A stretch of 37,318 nucleotides of DNA from Nemertoderma westbladi (Eukaryota > Animalia > Xenacoelomorpha): assembly GCA_032718475.1 (NCBI GenBank), contig JAUCBJ010003226.1, positions 1 through 37,318 on the forward strand. The letters are read 5' to 3'. Below are positions 34,741 to 37,318 of the stretch, piece by piece. The notes beneath the pieces were generated by a model, which had not been told where the DNA came from, did not search any database, and was given only the letters and a program-made list of their open reading frames with translations. Position 1 is the first letter of the stretch. Each line of letters starts with the position of its first letter. Both the position numbers and the translations under genes were made by a program.

Positions 34741-37169
34741 GTTGGTTTAACCACATATTAACCACATATTAACCACACTATATATGGTTATCGGTTTAAC
34801 CACATATTTACCACACTATATATGGTCGTTGCGTTGGTTTAACCACATATTAACCACACTATATATGGTTATTGGTTTAACCACATATTAACCACACTAT
34901 ATATGGTCGTTGTTTTAACCACATATTTACCACACTATATATGGTCGTTGGTTTAACCACATATTAACCACACTTTATATGATCGTTGGTTTAACCACAT
35001 ATTAACCACACTTTACATGGTCGTTGGTTTACCCACATATTAACCACACTTTAAATGGTCGTTGGTTTAACCACATATTAACCACACTGTATATGGTCAT
35101 TGGTTTAACCACATGTTAACCACACTTTACATGGTCGTTGGTTTAACCACATATTAACCACACTATATATGGTCGTTGGTTTAACCACATAATAACCACA
35201 CTATATAGGGTCGTTGGTTTAACCACATATTAACCACACTTTATATGGTCGTTGGTTTAACCACATATTAACCACACTATATATGGTCGTTGGTTTAACC
35301 ACATATTAACCACACTATATATGGTCGTTGGTTTAACCTCATATTAACCACACTATATATGGTCGTTGGTTAAAACCACAAATTAACCACACTATATATG
35401 GTCGTTGGTTTAACCACATATTAACCACACTTTATATGGTCGTTGGTTTAACCCCATATTAACCACACTATATATGGTCGTTGGTTTAACCACATATTAA
35501 CCATAACTATATTGTCGTTGATTTAACCACATATTAACCACACTATATATGGTCGTTTGTTTAACTACATATTAACCACATATTAACCACTCTTTATATG
35601 GTCGTTGGTTTAACCACATATTAACCACACTTTATATTGTCGTTGGTTTAACCACATATTAACCGCACTATATATGGTCGTTGGTTTAACCACATATTAA
35701 CCACACTTTATATGGTTTTGGTTTAACCACATATTAACCACACTATATATGGTCGTTGGTTTAACCACACTTTATATGGTCGTTGGTTTAACCACATATT
35801 AACCACACTATATATGGTCGTTGGTTTAACCACATAATAACCACATATTAACCACACTTTATATGGTCGTTGGTTTAACCCCATATTAACCACACTATAT
35901 ATGGTCGTTGGTTTAACCACATATTAACCATAACTATATTGTCGTTGATTTAACCACATATTAACCACACTATATGTGGTCGTTTGTTTAACTACATATT
36001 AACCACATATTAACCACTCTTTATATGATCGTTGGTTTAACCACATATTAACCACACTTTATATTGTCGTTGGTTTAACCACATATTAACCGCACTATAT
36101 ATGGTCGTTGGTTTAACCACATATTAACCACACTTTATATGGTCGTTGGTTTAACCACATATTAACCGCACTATATATGGTCGTTGGTTTAACCGCATAA
36201 TAACCACATATTAACCACACTTTATATGGTCGTTGGTTTAACCACATATTAACCACATATTAACCACACTTTATATGGTCGTTGGTTTAACCACATATTA
36301 ACCACACTATATATTGTCGTTGGTTAAAACCACAAATTAACCACACTATATATGGTCGTTGGTTTAACCACATATTAACCACACTTTATATGGTCGTTGG
36401 TTTAACCACATATTAACCACACTATATATGGTCGTTGGTTTAACCACATATTAACCATAAATATATTGTCGTTGATTTAACCACATATTAACCACACTAT
36501 ATGTGGTCGTTGGTTTAACTACATATTAACCAAATATTAACCACTCTTTATATGGTCGTTGGTTTAACCACATATTAACCACACTATATATGGTCGTTGG
36601 TTTAACCACATATTAACCACACTATATATGGTCGTTGGTTTAACCACATATTAACCACACTTTATATGGTCGTCGGTTTAACCACATATTGACCACACTA
36701 TATATGGTCGTTGGTTTAACCACATATTAACCACACTTTATATGGTCGTTGGTTTAACTACATATTAACCACAATATATATGGTCGTTGGTTTAACCACA
36801 TATTAACCACACTATATATGGTCGTTGGTTTAACCACATATTAACCGCACTATATATGGTCGTTGGTTTAACCACATATTAACCACACTTTATATGGTCG
36901 TTGGTTTCACCACATATTAACCACACTATATATGGTCGTTGGTTTAACCACATATTAACCACACTTTATATGGTCGTTGGTTTAACTACATATTAACCAC
37001 AATATATATGGTCGTTGGTTTAACCACATATTAACCACATATTAACCACACTTTATATGGTCGTTGTTTTTACCACATATTAACCACACTTTATACGGTC
37101 GTTGGTTTAACCACATATTAACCACACTTTATATGGTCTTTGGTTTAACCACATATTAACCACACTTTA
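34741..37169. repeat. 38-bp minisatellite, about 64 copies, starting exactly at the exon 7 donor GT
   Basis: Unit gttggtttaaccacatattaaccacact(a/t)tatatggtc, with internal 12-bp sub-repeats and the palindrome ggtttaacc. Confidence 0.97.
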
Positions 37170-37318
37170 AGGACATTTTACCCCTAGACAGGTTACATGT
37201 GTATGCCGCTATTGGTTATCAGCCGTAGACTTCTGTTCCAAACATCTTAAGTTAAGAACATTTAAGCATTATTTTACATTTGCTAGCCCCATTTATCTTC
37301 GTGGGTATGGACACCTAT

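Noticed and set aside
34741-37169. Telomeric repeat (TAACC-containing)
   Set aside because: TAACC occurs only inside a 38-bp unit, not as a pure short telomeric array, and unique sequence follows.

Overview
This is AT-rich invertebrate-type animal genomic DNA; no prokaryotic features are present. It holds the 3' part of an unidentified coiled-coil gene (+ strand; exons 881-1075, 1540-1672, 11078-~11925) and the first seven coding exons of a CCDC180/CFAP76-like gene (+ strand, from 17629). Each host gene carries a complete gene with an intronless CDS inside one intron. A DNMT3-type cytosine methyltransferase reduced to its catalytic domain (5692-6945, same strand) lies in the 9.4-kb intron 1673-11077, and RFT1 (18835-20493, antisense) lies in CCDC180 intron 3. 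About 14 kb of the window is minisatellite. Several unrelated arrays start at, or copy, an exon end plus its 5' splice site (1-761, 1654-1744, 23722-29433, 34741-37169). Mobile DNA includes two decayed LINEs, a hAT-like non-autonomous element with a nested IS3EU-like MITE, an IS3EU-like end whose subterminal repeat has grown into a 3.4-kb satellite, a tRNA-derived SINE and further MITEs. Family assignments come from motif recognition by eye, not database searches.
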